Below are positions 8,491 to 19,296 of a stretch of 64,000 bases of DNA, piece by piece; the first letter of the stretch is position 1, and the number at the start of each line of letters is the position of its first letter. The notes beneath the pieces are model-generated. The model saw only the letters and a program-made list of their open reading frames with translations. It was not told the origin of the DNA and did not search any database. Location of the stretch: NCBI GenBank assembly GCA_965203905.1, contig CBDBDQ010000005.1, positions 7,008,001-7,072,000 of the forward strand. The letters are read 5' to 3'. This DNA is from Spirochaetia bacterium. Its GTDB lineage: Bacteria > Spirochaetota > Spirochaetia > SZUA-6 > Bin103. Position numbers and translations under genes: made by a program.

Positions 8491-10761
8491 TCAACGCCCT
8501 GTCGCCCTCACGGCGAACGGCTCCGATACGTTATCCACAAGATTCGCATCAGTGAGCGCTTTGGCGAAACTGGCTACCGGGAGGAAGGTACAGGCAAACA
8601 TCTTGGGTCCCAGACCCAACGGATGTATTACCGCATCCTCGGCCTGGAACAGACCGAGTCCGTGGTGAAGTCCCATCCCACTGCCTATTACATGACGGTA
8701 CGAGGGAAGTCCCTTCTCGAGAAAGTACGTATCACCCGATAGGCGGTAGGCATAGGACAACGCTTCCAAAGTGTGGATGTAGCCTCCAGGCCGGCTCAGG
8801 CTGGGAAGTTCCTTGTAGTAGAACCGGCCATCCTTCGAGGTGCAGTTCTCTATGATGTCGGTCATGGAGTCAACGATCAACTGGGCAACCTCGGGATCCG
8901 GTCGCACCTGGTGATAACGCATCAAACTGGAAGCCGCCAGGGAGATCATGAAGGGTACCCGGGCCATGGTATGACTGGTGTAGGGAGCCAGCCAAGCGCC
9001 GTAAGTTCGATGCCACTGCTTGAACTGAGAGACTATCCGAGAAGCCGGCTCCATCCATCTTGGGTCATTCGATTCCCGACTCAGAGCCGTCAGTGAGCGA
9101 AGTGCCCATCCGGTTTCGCGGGCCGATGCCGCTCCCGCCTCATTGAGCTCCGGTTTTTCGAGATGCCGGAGAATGTTCTCCCCTATCCCAAGCGCCGTGG
9201 TCAACGAAAAATCGTCTCCGGTGACGTGCTGGTAGTCCAGCAGTCCCTCTACCCATTGGTGACTCGGGAACACCTTGCCGGTTGCGTGGTTGGTGGAATG
9301 TGCTACCTGGCCCTGATGCCGGTATCGATCCGGCGAATGGTGACACACATCCACATCCATCCAGTGCTCGGCCGCCACCTTCATATAGTCGAAAAAACGT
9401 CTCTCCCCAAGCGCCGCATACATCAAGAAAGAGACATGAGGCAGATCGTATTCGTTGTTGGTCCACAGGATCTTACCGTTCTCCTGGTGATTTGCGGTAG
9501 GGAATCCGCTGCCGCCCTCCGGACCATCGCCCCAGTTCAACATGCCGTAGCCGCGGGTACGCGTGTCCGCCAGGTCGGTGAGATAGGCCAACGCCCGAAC
9601 ATCGGCTTGCTGGAGCCAGCAGTCCTCCAGAAACACGCCGGATTCGCGGTACGTATCCGCCTCCAATCTGGGAAGATCGGGAAGCTGGAATTGGAGGCTC
9701 CTGGCATCGATTTCACGTAGTGACGTGTCGGCATCGTGAAAATGAAGAAAGAGAGTATGTTTCTTTGCCATGCCCTGGAGGAAGGTGATGTCATCGTATT
9801 CTGTTGGAATAATCCCTACTTCCATACCATCACGATTCACCCTCAGAGATTTGGGAAAGTTCTGCTGGGCCTGGAACAAGGTGGTACTGATCCCGCCCCC
9901 GGCGCAGTTCCAATCCGCCCAGAATGTGCCGTATAGTGTCTCCGGAGACTGCTCATTGCCGGTGTTGACGAGGTAATCGTGGTCGATCAGCTTGTACTGT
10001 TCCCGTCCGTCGTCGTCGCGGTGAATGGTCGACTCGTAATTTGAAATCCCAAGTCCCGTGCGTATCTCGCCGCCACCTCTCGGGGTCAAAGAGAGCGACA
10101 GACTGTCAACCGTGACGCTTCGCGACTCTTCCCGGTTGATGATTCGATAGTCCACCCGTATCCAAGGCTTGCCTGCATGAATAGCAAGACGCGCCACAAA
10201 GTCGAAACAGGCTGCGCCGGAACTGCTCTTGTGTACTCCTTGGGCCTCGACCACACCATGAATCGGACCAGCTTCGATCACCCTCCATCCCGCGGGGCCG
10301 ATCTCCGTGATGAATTCCTCCCGGTCCCGGGGAACCAGCGCGAATCCCCTCACGTCATCAGCCCCGAGCGTGCAGTCAGCCCACTCTACGCGCTGGACAA
10401 GGCCTCTCCTCCCGGCCGGGGAAAGCTCGAGCTTCAGGAGCTCGTTCTGCAAGGTCTCAGGCGACACCTGAATGGCAGCAGGGGGCGGCGGCGGAGTCAC
10501 GCCGCGGCGCAGTGCGCAGAGCTTGGAACCGTTACCCGGCAGATCGATCTGTCCGTGGAGCAATAGCCACTTCACCGAACCATCACTCCAGGTGGCGGTC
10601 ACTCTCGTCTGTGTGGGCAGGGGCTGCCCCCCGTCGCATACGGCCAGCGCGGCGAGATCGGACTCGTGAAGAGTTCCTGCCTGGAACGGAACACCGACCG
10701 TGAACGGTTCCGCGATTCTGTCATAGCGAGATATTTTTTCAAAGAAGAGGTCGATCTCCAT
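8491..10761 (-). CDS. Putative exo-rhamnogalacturonan-lyase-like (alpha/alpha toroid) protein
   Basis: EPFTVGVPF..G..W.DGSVKW N-terminus, YGMLNWGD, WTNNEYD, H..DVD, RETGW motifs; lies downstream of a sugar ABC cluster. Confidence 0.65.
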   Translation of the reverse strand: MEIDLFFEKISRYDRIAEPFTVGVPFQAGTLHESDLAALAVCDGGQPLPTQTRVTATWSDGSVKWLLLHGQIDLPGNGSKLCALRRGVTPPPPPAAIQVSPETLQNELLKLELSPAGRRGLVQRVEWADCTLGADDVRGFALVPRDREEFITEIGPAGWRVIEAGPIHGVVEAQGVHKSSSGAACFDFVARLAIHAGKPWIRVDYRIINREESRSVTVDSLSLSLTPRGGGEIRTGLGISNYESTIHRDDDGREQYKLIDHDYLVNTGNEQSPETLYGTFWADWNCAGGGISTTLFQAQQNFPKSLRVNRDGMEVGIIPTEYDDITFLQGMAKKHTLFLHFHDADTSLREIDARSLQFQLPDLPRLEADTYRESGVFLEDCWLQQADVRALAYLTDLADTRTRGYGMLNWGDGPEGGSGFPTANHQENGKILWTNNEYDLPHVSFLMYAALGERRFFDYMKVAAEHWMDVDVCHHSPDRYRHQGQVAHSTNHATGKVFPSHQWVEGLLDYQHVTGDDFSLTTALGIGENILRHLEKPELNEAGAASARETGWALRSLTALSRESNDPRWMEPASRIVSQFKQWHRTYGAWLAPYTSHTMARVPFMISLAASSLMRYHQVRPDPEVAQLIVDSMTDIIENCTSKDGRFYYKELPSLSRPGGYIHTLEALSYAYRLSGDTYFLEKGLPSYRHVIGSGMGLHHGLGLFQAEDAVIHPLGLGPKMFACTFLPVASFAKALTDANLVDNVSEPFAVRATGR

Positions 10762-10780
10762 GTCTTCCCTGCTCGCGGCA

Positions 10781-10815
10781 ACAGGGGGTTGGCGACGCTC
10801 TCACCAACCCCCTGT
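10781..10815 (-). terminator. Stem-loop after the binding-protein gene (terminator or mRNA stabiliser)
   Basis: ACAGGGGGTTGG...CCAACCCCCTGT, 12-bp perfect stem. Confidence 0.6.
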
Positions 10816-10838
10816 CGAGACCACGGCACCTCCTAGAG

Positions 10839-12403
10839 CTAGTTCGAAGTCAGGTACGCGTTCATCTGTTCAACGTACTGCAAACCACCGTCGGCATACC
10901 ACTCGTCCAGCGCCTCATCGTACGCGTCAACCGGAAGATCGTTGACGATAATCCTGGTGATTACCTGCTTGAGTCTGTCTTCGGCATCGATGTATCTCGG
11001 ATCGGTGCTGATCGGCGGCCGATATCCTCCGGTCCCCGAGAACTTGAATATCTCGGCGGCCCGCTCCAACCACTTGATAGACTGAGCCCTCTGCTCCTTC
11101 GACGCGTCCAGCGAAATGAAGTTGGACATGTCGTTGTTGCGTCGCAGGAACAGCCCATTCCACCAATATGCCGTCTGCGCTTCCTCGTTGAACCGAGGCA
11201 ATGCCACCGCCACACCATCTTCATACTGGTAGGTCAGCCCCGCGGCCCCCCACTTCGCATCATCCCAGGCGGAATCCGAAAGCACCCAGTCGAATGCGGA
11301 AATGATCCTGGCCGGATCCTTGGCATTCTGGGTCACCGCCCAACCGCCCCACATGCCGGTTGCGTGAGCATCGCCGCCACCTATTACTTCGCCCGTGGAG
11401 TTCTCTATGCCGACGATGTAGGTGAACTCTGCTTGCGGATGATTCTCTCGCGTCTTGCTTTGGAAATCGAACACCTGTCCAGCAAACGCTCTGGTCATTC
11501 CGACTTCCCCACGGGCCAGCTTCTGGGTAGCTTCGTCGCCAATGGTATCACTCAGGGCCCAATCGGGTCTATCAACCGCTCCTTCCAGAGATTGGCGGTA
11601 AAGGCCAGCGCCCTCTTGAAATTATCCGACTTCCTGCTGTACTGGAGATCCATGTAGGGATACTCTTCATTGTCATATCTCTGCCACCCCAGCAGATCAA
11701 AGGCATTGGGTGCGATGACGTTGAGGATTCCACCAGCGCCGGTCTTCGAAGTAAATCCGTAAGTGTCCTGCTCCCCGTTCTTATCGGGATCGTTGTTGGT
11801 AAAACGGGTCAATACCTCCTTGAATTCCGCCAGCGAGAAGGTTCCCTCGGCGGGCATCGGCAAGCCTACATTGGCAAGCCAGTCGGTGCGCACGGCATAT
11901 CCATCATACCTGGTCAGCGTCGATCGCGGGATCATGTAGTAGTCATCACTTCCCTCGATGACCCTGGTTGCATTCCAGGTCTCTTCATAGGTGTACTTCA
12001 GCAAATTCGGAGCATTAGTCTGATTCACGTACTGGGTTATGGGAATCACTACGCCGTCCTCTGCCGCTCGTATCAGGTTCACGTCGGTGTGCGATCCGAA
12101 GTTGATGACGTCCGGATAGTCTCCTCCCGCCAGCATGATCTGCAGCTTCTCATTGTAGGTAGTGTAGGGAGGCAGCTCCAGCTCGATCTTTACATTGTTT
12201 TCCTCTTCCCAGCGGTCCAGGAAACGTTGCGTAATTTCCGACTTCTCGGTCCATACCACGGCAAATATCTTGATCGCGTACGGACCTTCGTCGACCGCTC
12301 CTTCCTCGACCCCTGCGCCCCATCCACCTGCGGCAACAATCGACAGTGCCGCCAGCACCGCGAATACCCTCGTAACTACCATTCCGAACTCCTTGCGGGC
12401 CAA
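10839..12403 (-). pseudogene. Carbohydrate ABC solute-binding protein (LplA-like), frameshifted near 11565
   Basis: ORFs 11552-12403 and 10839-11498 join as ..LIDP/DWALSDTIGDEATQKLARGEVGMTRAF.. if one base is restored; DPDKNGEQDTYG and VRTDWL motifs. Confidence 0.85.
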
Positions 12404-12518
12404 ACCCGCCCTGAACTGCGACGACCTCGAATGCAGCCGCCTGCATCGCTCCTAGCCCGCACTCATCACCTCCTCGTACCTGCAGTGATACCGACCCCAC
12501 CACTCCTCCTGATCGATC

Positions 12519-13415
12519 TCAGCCTTTTATCGCGCCCAGCAGAACCCCTTTCGCAAAGTGCTTCTGCAAAAACGGATAGATGAACAGGATCGGCACGATC
12601 GAGATCATCAATACCGCATACTGCAGGGTTACCGGCGCCACCGGCCTGGAGGCCGCCTCCGCCAGGTTACCCTGGGTCATGTTCTCAAGCGCTCTTGCCG
12701 ATGCGATTATCTCCCTCAAGAAGAGCTGCAGCGGCCACTTTTCCCGGCTCTCGATGTACACCATGCTGCTCAGCAGTCCGTTCCAGTACATGACCGCGAG
12801 AAACAGCCCGATGGTCGCCAGCACCGCCTTCGACAACGGCAGCACTACTTGCCACAGTATCATTGGATACGAAGCGCCATCCATGCGCGCCGAGTCGTCC
12901 AGACTCTGCGGTATGGCGGCGAAGAAATTCTTCATCAAAATGACATTGAACGCGGTCAAGGCCTGCGTCAGAATGAGCGCCCACAGAGTATCCAGGAGCC
13001 CCAGCGCACGAACCAGGTAGAAGTTCGGGATGAGCCCGCCGTTGAAGAGCATGGTGATAACCAGGAGCACCATGAAGAAGGGACGTCCCTTGAGTTCTCT
13101 CTTGGACAGCGGGTATGCCATGGTAACCGTCAAGAACAACCCGATGGCGACGCCGCCGAACGTCACCAAGAGCGTGTTCTTGTAGCAGATCAGAATGGTA
13201 TTCGACTCGAATACCTTGAAGTACGCGCCGAGATCAACCTCGCTTGGCCAGAGCATCAGGGGATTCATGACATAGGAATCATAGTCGCTGATGGAAACGA
13301 CAAGTATATTCCAGAACGGATATACCGTGGTGACCGCGAACAAGGTCACAACCCCATACGCCAGAGAGTTCATTATCAGGTCGTCGAAAGAAACTGACTG
13401 CAGCCTCTTTACCAC
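12519..13415 (-). CDS. Carbohydrate ABC transporter permease (LplC-like)
   Basis: EAA loop SLDDSARMDGAS, YPFLQKHFAKG C-terminus. Confidence 0.93.
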   Translation of the reverse strand: MVKRLQSVSFDDLIMNSLAYGVVTLFAVTTVYPFWNILVVSISDYDSYVMNPLMLWPSEVDLGAYFKVFESNTILICYKNTLLVTFGGVAIGLFLTVTMAYPLSKRELKGRPFFMVLLVITMLFNGGLIPNFYLVRALGLLDTLWALILTQALTAFNVILMKNFFAAIPQSLDDSARMDGASYPMILWQVVLPLSKAVLATIGLFLAVMYWNGLLSSMVYIESREKWPLQLFLREIIASARALENMTQGNLAEAASRPVAPVTLQYAVLMISIVPILFIYPFLQKHFAKGVLLGAIKG

Positions 13416-14323
13416 AGACCTTGCTCTCCCAGTCTTCTCGCTATCGCATTCGTAACGAGGATCAGGATCATCCCCACAAGGGATTGAAATACTCCCACTG
13501 CGGTACCGTAGCTGAAGCGGCCCTCCATCAGTCCGACCCTGAAGGTGTAGGTTTCGAAGACATCGGCGACGTTGTAAACCATGGGACTGTACAACATGTA
13601 GATCTGCTCGAATCCATTACTCAGAATGCCGCCCATGCTGAGTATCAACAGCACCACCACGGTGCTGGCAATCCCGGGAATGGTTACGTACCACACCCGC
13701 TGAAACCGATTCACGCCGTCGATGATCGCCGCTTCATAGAGATTCTGATCGATGCCCGAGAGCGCGGCCAGGTAGACGATCGTCCCCCAACCGGCTCCCT
13801 TCCATATTCCCGACAGTATCAGAATGGCTCGGAAGTGGTCGGAACTCAACAAGTATGCCTGAGGCTCCCAGCCCAGAAATGAGACAATGTGGCTGACCAC
13901 ACCGCGGCCGGGTGAGAGGAAGCTGATGACTATTCCAGCAACCACCACCCAGGAAATGAAATGAGGCAGGTACAGCACCGATTGAATTGCGCGTTTGTAC
14001 GTTTGCAGTCTGAATTCGTTGAGCAGCAAGGCGAGAATCAGGGGTGCGGGAAAGCCGCAGATCAGCGTCAGGAGACTCAGGATGATGGAATTCTTGAAAA
14101 CCAGAAAGAAGGTCTTGCTGGTAAACAGGTAGCGAAAGTTGTCGAATCCGATCCACTCGCTGCCCCATATTCCTCGCGCCAAGCGAAAGTCTTTGAACGC
14201 AATGATGACGCCGTACATGGGACCGTACTTGAAGATTATCAAGTACGTCAGACCGGGCAACAGGAGGATATAGAGCCAGATATATTTCTGCAGGTGAGCA
14301 GTGATTGCGCTACGGCTGGTCAT
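13409..14323 (-). CDS. Carbohydrate ABC transporter permease (LplB-like)
   Basis: YLPHFISWVVV, LYEAAIIDG EAA loop. Confidence 0.93.
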   Translation of the reverse strand: MTSRSAITAHLQKYIWLYILLLPGLTYLIIFKYGPMYGVIIAFKDFRLARGIWGSEWIGFDNFRYLFTSKTFFLVFKNSIILSLLTLICGFPAPLILALLLNEFRLQTYKRAIQSVLYLPHFISWVVVAGIVISFLSPGRGVVSHIVSFLGWEPQAYLLSSDHFRAILILSGIWKGAGWGTIVYLAALSGIDQNLYEAAIIDGVNRFQRVWYVTIPGIASTVVVLLILSMGGILSNGFEQIYMLYSPMVYNVADVFETYTFRVGLMEGRFSYGTAVGVFQSLVGMILILVTNAIARRLGEQGLW

Positions 14324-14500
14324 CGGAGGTGTACGCCGGGGTCATGCAGTTGCTTCTTCCCTGAAGGGTCTCTCCGCGATCTGATCGTCGACTTGCCATG
14401 ATCGCGGGTGCGTGCGCGCCTGTCAACGGAGCCGGCGTGCGGCCCGTAACGGCCTCGGCGGTCGCGGATCCTCGGCGGGGCCAGGAGTGAGCGCTACGCA

Positions 14501-14815
14501 GCCATGCCCGGTGCGGTGCGGCGCGTGTGGTCGACGGTATCGAGCCGCAGCGATAGATTGTCCCAGCACGGCGCAGCCGTGGCACCAGGACTCCGCCGAA
14601 CGTGCTGTGGAATCGTCGGCGACCAGCATCGCGCCCACGCCACCAGCTACCGCGGCGACCGCAACCTGTTCACGCCCAACCTCGACAACCTGGCGCGCGA
14701 CGGCATGCGTGTCGACTGCGCCGTGGCCGGTGCCCCCTGGTGCACGCCTTCCGCGGCGCCCTGCTCACCGGCGCTATCCGCACCAGACCGGCGTGACCCG
14801 CACGCCCTCGGCACC
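14501..14815 (+). pseudogene. Telescoped remnant of the PhyH-sulfatase locus
   Basis: Patches resemble the PhyH upstream region (about 27090-27132), PhyH codons TAQPWHQDSA (about 27525-27555) and the sulfatase 5' end (28056-28275) with several indels. Confidence 0.85.
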
Positions 14816-14841
14816 GCCGGCGCTTGCGGCCGGGGAGGTCG

Positions 14842-15780
14842 TCAGTCGTTCCACAACGCCTTGACCGTCACGGTGACCTCTATCGTTCTCGAAACGTGGC
14901 TGACGTTCCCGGCCTCATCTACCACCCACACACTGACCTCCCAGGTGCCGCTTGCGCCCACGTCGAACACGATGGAATCAAGAAAAAAGTCTTCGCACTC
15001 CTCGTTCCATGAATCGGTGCTCGTCGTGCGCCGCCATTTGGCGCACGTTGTCGCAAGTCCATGATAGCTGTGAGGGGTATTGAAGAGGGCGGAGACCTCC
15101 GTCCTGTCGTCGAAGCCCTGATACGCGCTGTAGAGAAAGGGGTAGCTGTTGTAGAACGGATCGGCCGGCACCGAATCCGGTTCTGGTTCCGACTCCGGCG
15201 CGGGCTCCGCCCCCGGTCCCGGGGCCGGGGGCAGCGTCTCCAGACCGCGGGCAATAGCAATCTGCAGGGAGTATGCGCCCAGCGTCTTGGACGTGACGCG
15301 TAAGTGGTATGTCCCCAACTCTACCGTTTCCTCCACCAGGAAATATTCTCCGCTGCCCCCTGCGTCTGCGTGCGCCAACAGCCCGTCATCGGCGCCGTCC
15401 GTCAACACGCCCAAGGTGTCCAGCGAGCCGATTGTGGAGACCCGGAGCACTCCCGGCGCAGCTACCGATATCAGGAAGACGTCGACGTCGTCCTCCGTCT
15501 CGATGCGTCCGGCCCCTGTTTGTTTTAGCTCCTCGGCCGGTAGCGACACTTCGGTGGCGGTCGATACTCCATCCCCGTGGTCATCGATGCTCCGGGAGCC
15601 GATGCCGCCGCATCCGCCAAGCCCGAGGGTCATGATGACTGCGCAAGAGACCGCTGAAATCAAGGTCCTTGTGCTCGTAGGGAACCGTCCCGGTTGGTGG
15701 ACAGGGCGATCACGACGGCCGCCAGCGCCGTCGGAAGTCGCAACCCGTTCCCTTCTCTGCTGCTTGTGATCGCTGTGCAT
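14842..15780 (-). CDS. Putative lipoprotein with DDHG-type PPC (pre-peptidase C-terminal)-like domain and Pro/Glu linker
   Basis: LGLGGC lipobox-like segment, DDHGD..TAT..GRIE..DVDVF..GTYHLRV, PEPEP linker; the true start may be downstream of 15780. Confidence 0.7.
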   Translation of the reverse strand: MHSDHKQQRRERVATSDGAGGRRDRPVHQPGRFPTSTRTLISAVSCAVIMTLGLGGCGGIGSRSIDDHGDGVSTATEVSLPAEELKQTGAGRIETEDDVDVFLISVAAPGVLRVSTIGSLDTLGVLTDGADDGLLAHADAGGSGEYFLVEETVELGTYHLRVTSKTLGAYSLQIAIARGLETLPPAPGPGAEPAPESEPEPDSVPADPFYNSYPFLYSAYQGFDDRTEVSALFNTPHSYHGLATTCAKWRRTTSTDSWNEECEDFFLDSIVFDVGASGTWEVSVWVVDEAGNVSHVSRTIEVTVTVKALWND

Positions 15781-16073
15781 GGCTACCTATGAGCAGGAAC
15801 CATGCCAAGCACACCAGTAGCTACGTAAGTCATTCCCTGCACGTTACATCGCGAGTGGTGTGGCGGTCCTGACCGTGGTCGCCGAAGTGTCGCACCTTGC
15901 AACATGCGGCCACCGGCACTCGCGCCTGCGCGCAGTGGATGTACTCGGGCTGGAAGGGTCTGATGCATGATGGTCGCAGCTTGCTACACTCGTCGCAATT
16001 TCGAACACCTTGCCTTTGCGGAGCCGTCGTCGAGCGTGCGGCGCACGGTCGGCCGTAGCGGTGCGCGGATGCC

Positions 16074-16171
16074 TCAGCCGTCGACCACGTCGAATGCCGT
16101 GAGGTTGCGGGTGTCGGCGGCATACCCCGGTACGGGATGCTGGCGAAGAAGGCGTGGAACAGCTTCTCGAG
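16074..16171 (-). pseudogene. About 100-bp telescoped remnant of an AAA-ATPase/PD-(D/E)XK gene
   Basis: Minus strand gives LEKLFHAFFASIPY / GYA / DTRNLTAFDVVDG*, three non-adjacent patches of the protein encoded at 25367-26920. Confidence 0.85.
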
Positions 16172-16206
16172 GCGGCGCAGCCTTGGCGGGTGCGGTGGGT
16201 GTGGTC

Positions 16207-17301
16207 AATGACCGCGAGCACTACGTGGCCCCGGAGCGGCGCGGCGGCTTCCGCTACTGGATGGGCTACGAGAACAACAACAACCAGCACGAGTGCTACG
16301 TCCACGGCACCGAGAGTGAAACCCCGCTACGCCTGTCCGGCTACGAGACCGACGCCCTCAGCGACCTGCTGCTCCAGCACCTGCGCAGCCACGTCGGCGC
16401 CGCCCCCGACGGCGGTGCGGCTGGCGGCGGGCTCACCCCGGCCGACTCCGGCCCCGACTATCAGCCCTTCTTCGCCGTGCTCTCCGTGCAGCCGCCGCAC
16501 GGCCCCAACGTGCCGCCCACCAACCCCTCCTACGGCGCGCCCCGCATCCACCCGGCCGACATCCGCCTGCGCCCCAACGTCCCGGCGACCCCCGCCGCCC
16601 GGGAGGGCGCCCGGTTCCGCCTCGCCGGCTACTACGCCATGATCGAAAACCTGGACTACAACGTCGGCCGCATCCGCCAGGCGCTGACGCAGATGGGCGT
16701 CGACCGCGACACTTACGTGGTGTTCTTCTCGGATCACGGTGACATGATGGGCAGCCACGGCCAGTACGGAAAATCGACCCCCTGGGAGGAGTCGATCCGG
16801 GTGCCGTTCATCGTCCATCGCGTCGGCGGCCCCGACAACATGCGCGTGGGTGACACCGATGCCCCGATCAACCACGTCGACATCGCGCCGACCAGCCTGG
16901 GGCTGTGCAACATCGACACCCCGCCGGAGATGGTGGGGCACGACTACTCCGCCCACTGCATCCGCCCGGACGCCCCCGAGTACCGCGGCGCACCGCCGCG
17001 GGAGGCGGAGCCGCAGAGCGCGTTCCTGCAGCAGATTCCGCCCAAGCCGCACCGCCACACCACCAGCATGCCGTGGCGCGGGGTGGTGACCCGCGACGGC
17101 TGGAAGTACGTCTGCACGCCGGGCACCGACTGGCTGCTGTTCGATTCCGAAGCCGACCCCTACGAGCAGGCCAACCTGGTCTACGACGCCTCCTTCCAGG
17201 AGCAGAAGGAGCGCTGCCACCGCCTGCTGGCCGAGTGGATCGACACCACCGGCGACCGCTTCCCCCTCCCCGACATCACCCTCCCCTCCGCCGACGCTTA
17301 G
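16207..17301 (+). pseudogene. Sulfatase 3' portion lacking the catalytic CxPxR N-terminus; near-identical to 28368-29462
   Basis: Colinear with the intact copy at a constant offset of 12161 bp; the upstream part of ORF 15967 is unrelated sequence. Confidence 0.9.
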
Positions 17302-17435
17302 CAGCCCGTGGCGAAACTCCGGCTGGCTGCGTTGCTCCTCGCTCACATATACCCTGATATGCTCGTTCGTCGCGCCTTGCCAGCCGGGCGCCTCGCCGCT
17401 CTCGGTGCGAGGCCGGGTTCCACCACGGGCTGCTA
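17299..17435. mobile_element. MITE/REP-like palindromic element inserted at a TAG stop codon
   Basis: Terminal inverted repeats TAGCAGCCCGTGG / CCACGGGCTGCTA, internal IRs CCGGCTGGC/GCCAGCCGG and CATAT/ATATG; absent after the sister sulfatase at 29462. Confidence 0.8.
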
Positions 17436-17436
17436 G

Positions 17437-18624
17437 CCCGCATAACTCACCAACGGGATAGACACGGGGTTAAATTGTGGTTATCTGTATATGGTACCAA
17501 TTCTGGACAGCGAGCGACGCCCGCCAGCGCAGGTAGTGCTGGACCTGGATGCGACCGATGACCCGTTGCACGGCAACCAGGAAGGCCGGTTCTTCCATGG
17601 CTACTACGGCCATTACTGCTATCTGCCGCTGTATATCACCTGTGGTGAGCACGTGCTGCGCTGCCGGCTGCGGCGCGCCGACGGCGACGCCAGCGACGGG
17701 GCCGTGGAGGAACTGAAAGCGGTAGTGGCGCAGATCCGCCACCGCTGGTCGGAGACGAAGATCCTGGTACGCGGTGACTCGGGATTCTGTCGCGAAACGA
17801 TCATGGCTTGGTGTGAGGGCAACGGCGTCGATTATGTGCTCGGCTTGGCGCGCAACGCACGCCTGCAGCAGCGCATCGACAAGGCACTGCGCAAGTCGCG
17901 GCGCCGCAGTGCGGCGAGCGGGCAGGCGTCGCGGCGGTTCCGGGAGTTCCGCTACCGGACGCTGGACTCGTGGAGCCGGAGCCGCCGGGTGGTGGCCAAG
18001 GCCGAGTGGCTGCCTGGCGCTGGCGGCGGCAATCCGCGCTTCGTGGTGACCAGCCTCGAGCGGCAGACGATTGCCAAGCAGGCGCTCTACGAAGAGCTGT
18101 ACTGCGCCCGTGGTGACATGGAGAACCGAATCAAGGAGCAGCAACTGTGGCTGTTCGCCGACCGCACCTCGACGGCGACCATGCGCGCCAACCAGTTGCG
18201 GCTGTACTTCTCCGCGTTTGCCGGCGTCCTGTTGACCATCCTGCGCCGCGCGGGACTGCAGGGAACCGAGCTTGCCAACGCGCGCTTCGACACCATCCGC
18301 GCGCGGCTGATCAAGCTCGCCGGGCGCATCAAGGTGTCGGTGCGCCGGATACGGCTTTCGTTGTCGTCGGTATATCCGTTGCAGGAGCTGTTCACCCAGG
18401 CGCTCACCGCCGAGACCTGCAGCTACATCGACCACCACACCGCACGCTGCGGTCGGCCGGCCTCGATCTTCGCCGATGATGCGAAAGCCGACATCCACCG
18501 CCACGCTGGCGGCCTGCCGCGGCTGGTCAACGCGCTCTGCTATCGCTCCATCCTGCACGCCGCCGCCAACGACATCAGGATCATCGACTCCTCCAACATC
18601 GTCACCGATGACATCTTCGACTGA
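17437..18624 (+). mobile_element. IS1380-family transposase remnant, N-terminally deleted and fused to an ExeA-like AAA ATPase tail
   Basis: LDLDATDDPLHGNQEG, VRGDSGF, YCARGDMENRIKEQQL, ANQLRL motifs; after about 18405 the frame continues ..IFADDA..IHRHAGGLPRLVNALC.. (ExeA-type lid); IR-like CCCGCATAACTCACCA at 17437. Confidence 0.88.
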
Positions 18625-19262
18625 ACTTACGCAACGCTTCCCTTGGCGGTGCGCGTCATGGCGCCGCTCCCTGGCGCTACCCGGATTCAGCACCAGGCGC
18701 GTCGTGGCAACGCTGGCTGGCGGGGTTTGGCACTCCCGGCTGGCTGGAAACAGCATGCTGGAGGCAATTCCCGGTCCCAGCTCACCTGAGTGAAGTCCTG
18801 GAGTCGGCGGCGTGCAGTTCCACCGCTGGAAAGTCGGGCCGTGCAGCTGCCTCGGGGCGCTCCCCATCGCCCGCGCCCTCCATGGCGCGGGTCGCCGGCG
18901 CGGCCCATGGAGGGGCCGCGTGCAACAATGAAGGTCGCCGTCCAACAGAGCTCCTCTGCCTAATACATTGTCCGAATGCATGCGCTGTAAGGCGCCCGTA
19001 CCACCTCCCACCACAGTACCAGGCGCTGTTCCTTCAGCGAACCTTCAACCCGTCTGGGGGCTTCCTCGGCCATCCCTCGCCGCTCCTGTTCCCCTGGCGG
19101 AACGGCCTCCCGTTTGGGGGCCCACAACGCGGGTAACCGACCGATGATCGCGGCGCTGGCGCCGAGGATCATCGCATTGCATTGTTCATCGCAGTGCCGG
19201 CGGCGCCGGAACTGTGCCCCAAGGCCCCTTCGACACGGCAGATGAGATCGTCAGTAGGGATA

Positions 19263-19296
19263 GGCGTGTAAGCACACATACGCTTATGATGGATGT
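19263..19296 (+). promoter_or_regulatory. Probable leaderless promoter/operator of the TA operon
   Basis: TATGAT (19285-19290) 6 nt before ATG, no RBS; imperfect IR GCGTGT..ATACGC upstream. Confidence 0.55.

Noticed and set aside
15967-16206. Novel N-terminal domain on the 444-aa sulfatase ORF
   Set aside because: It is the antisense reading of the AAA-nuclease remnant and intergenic DNA.
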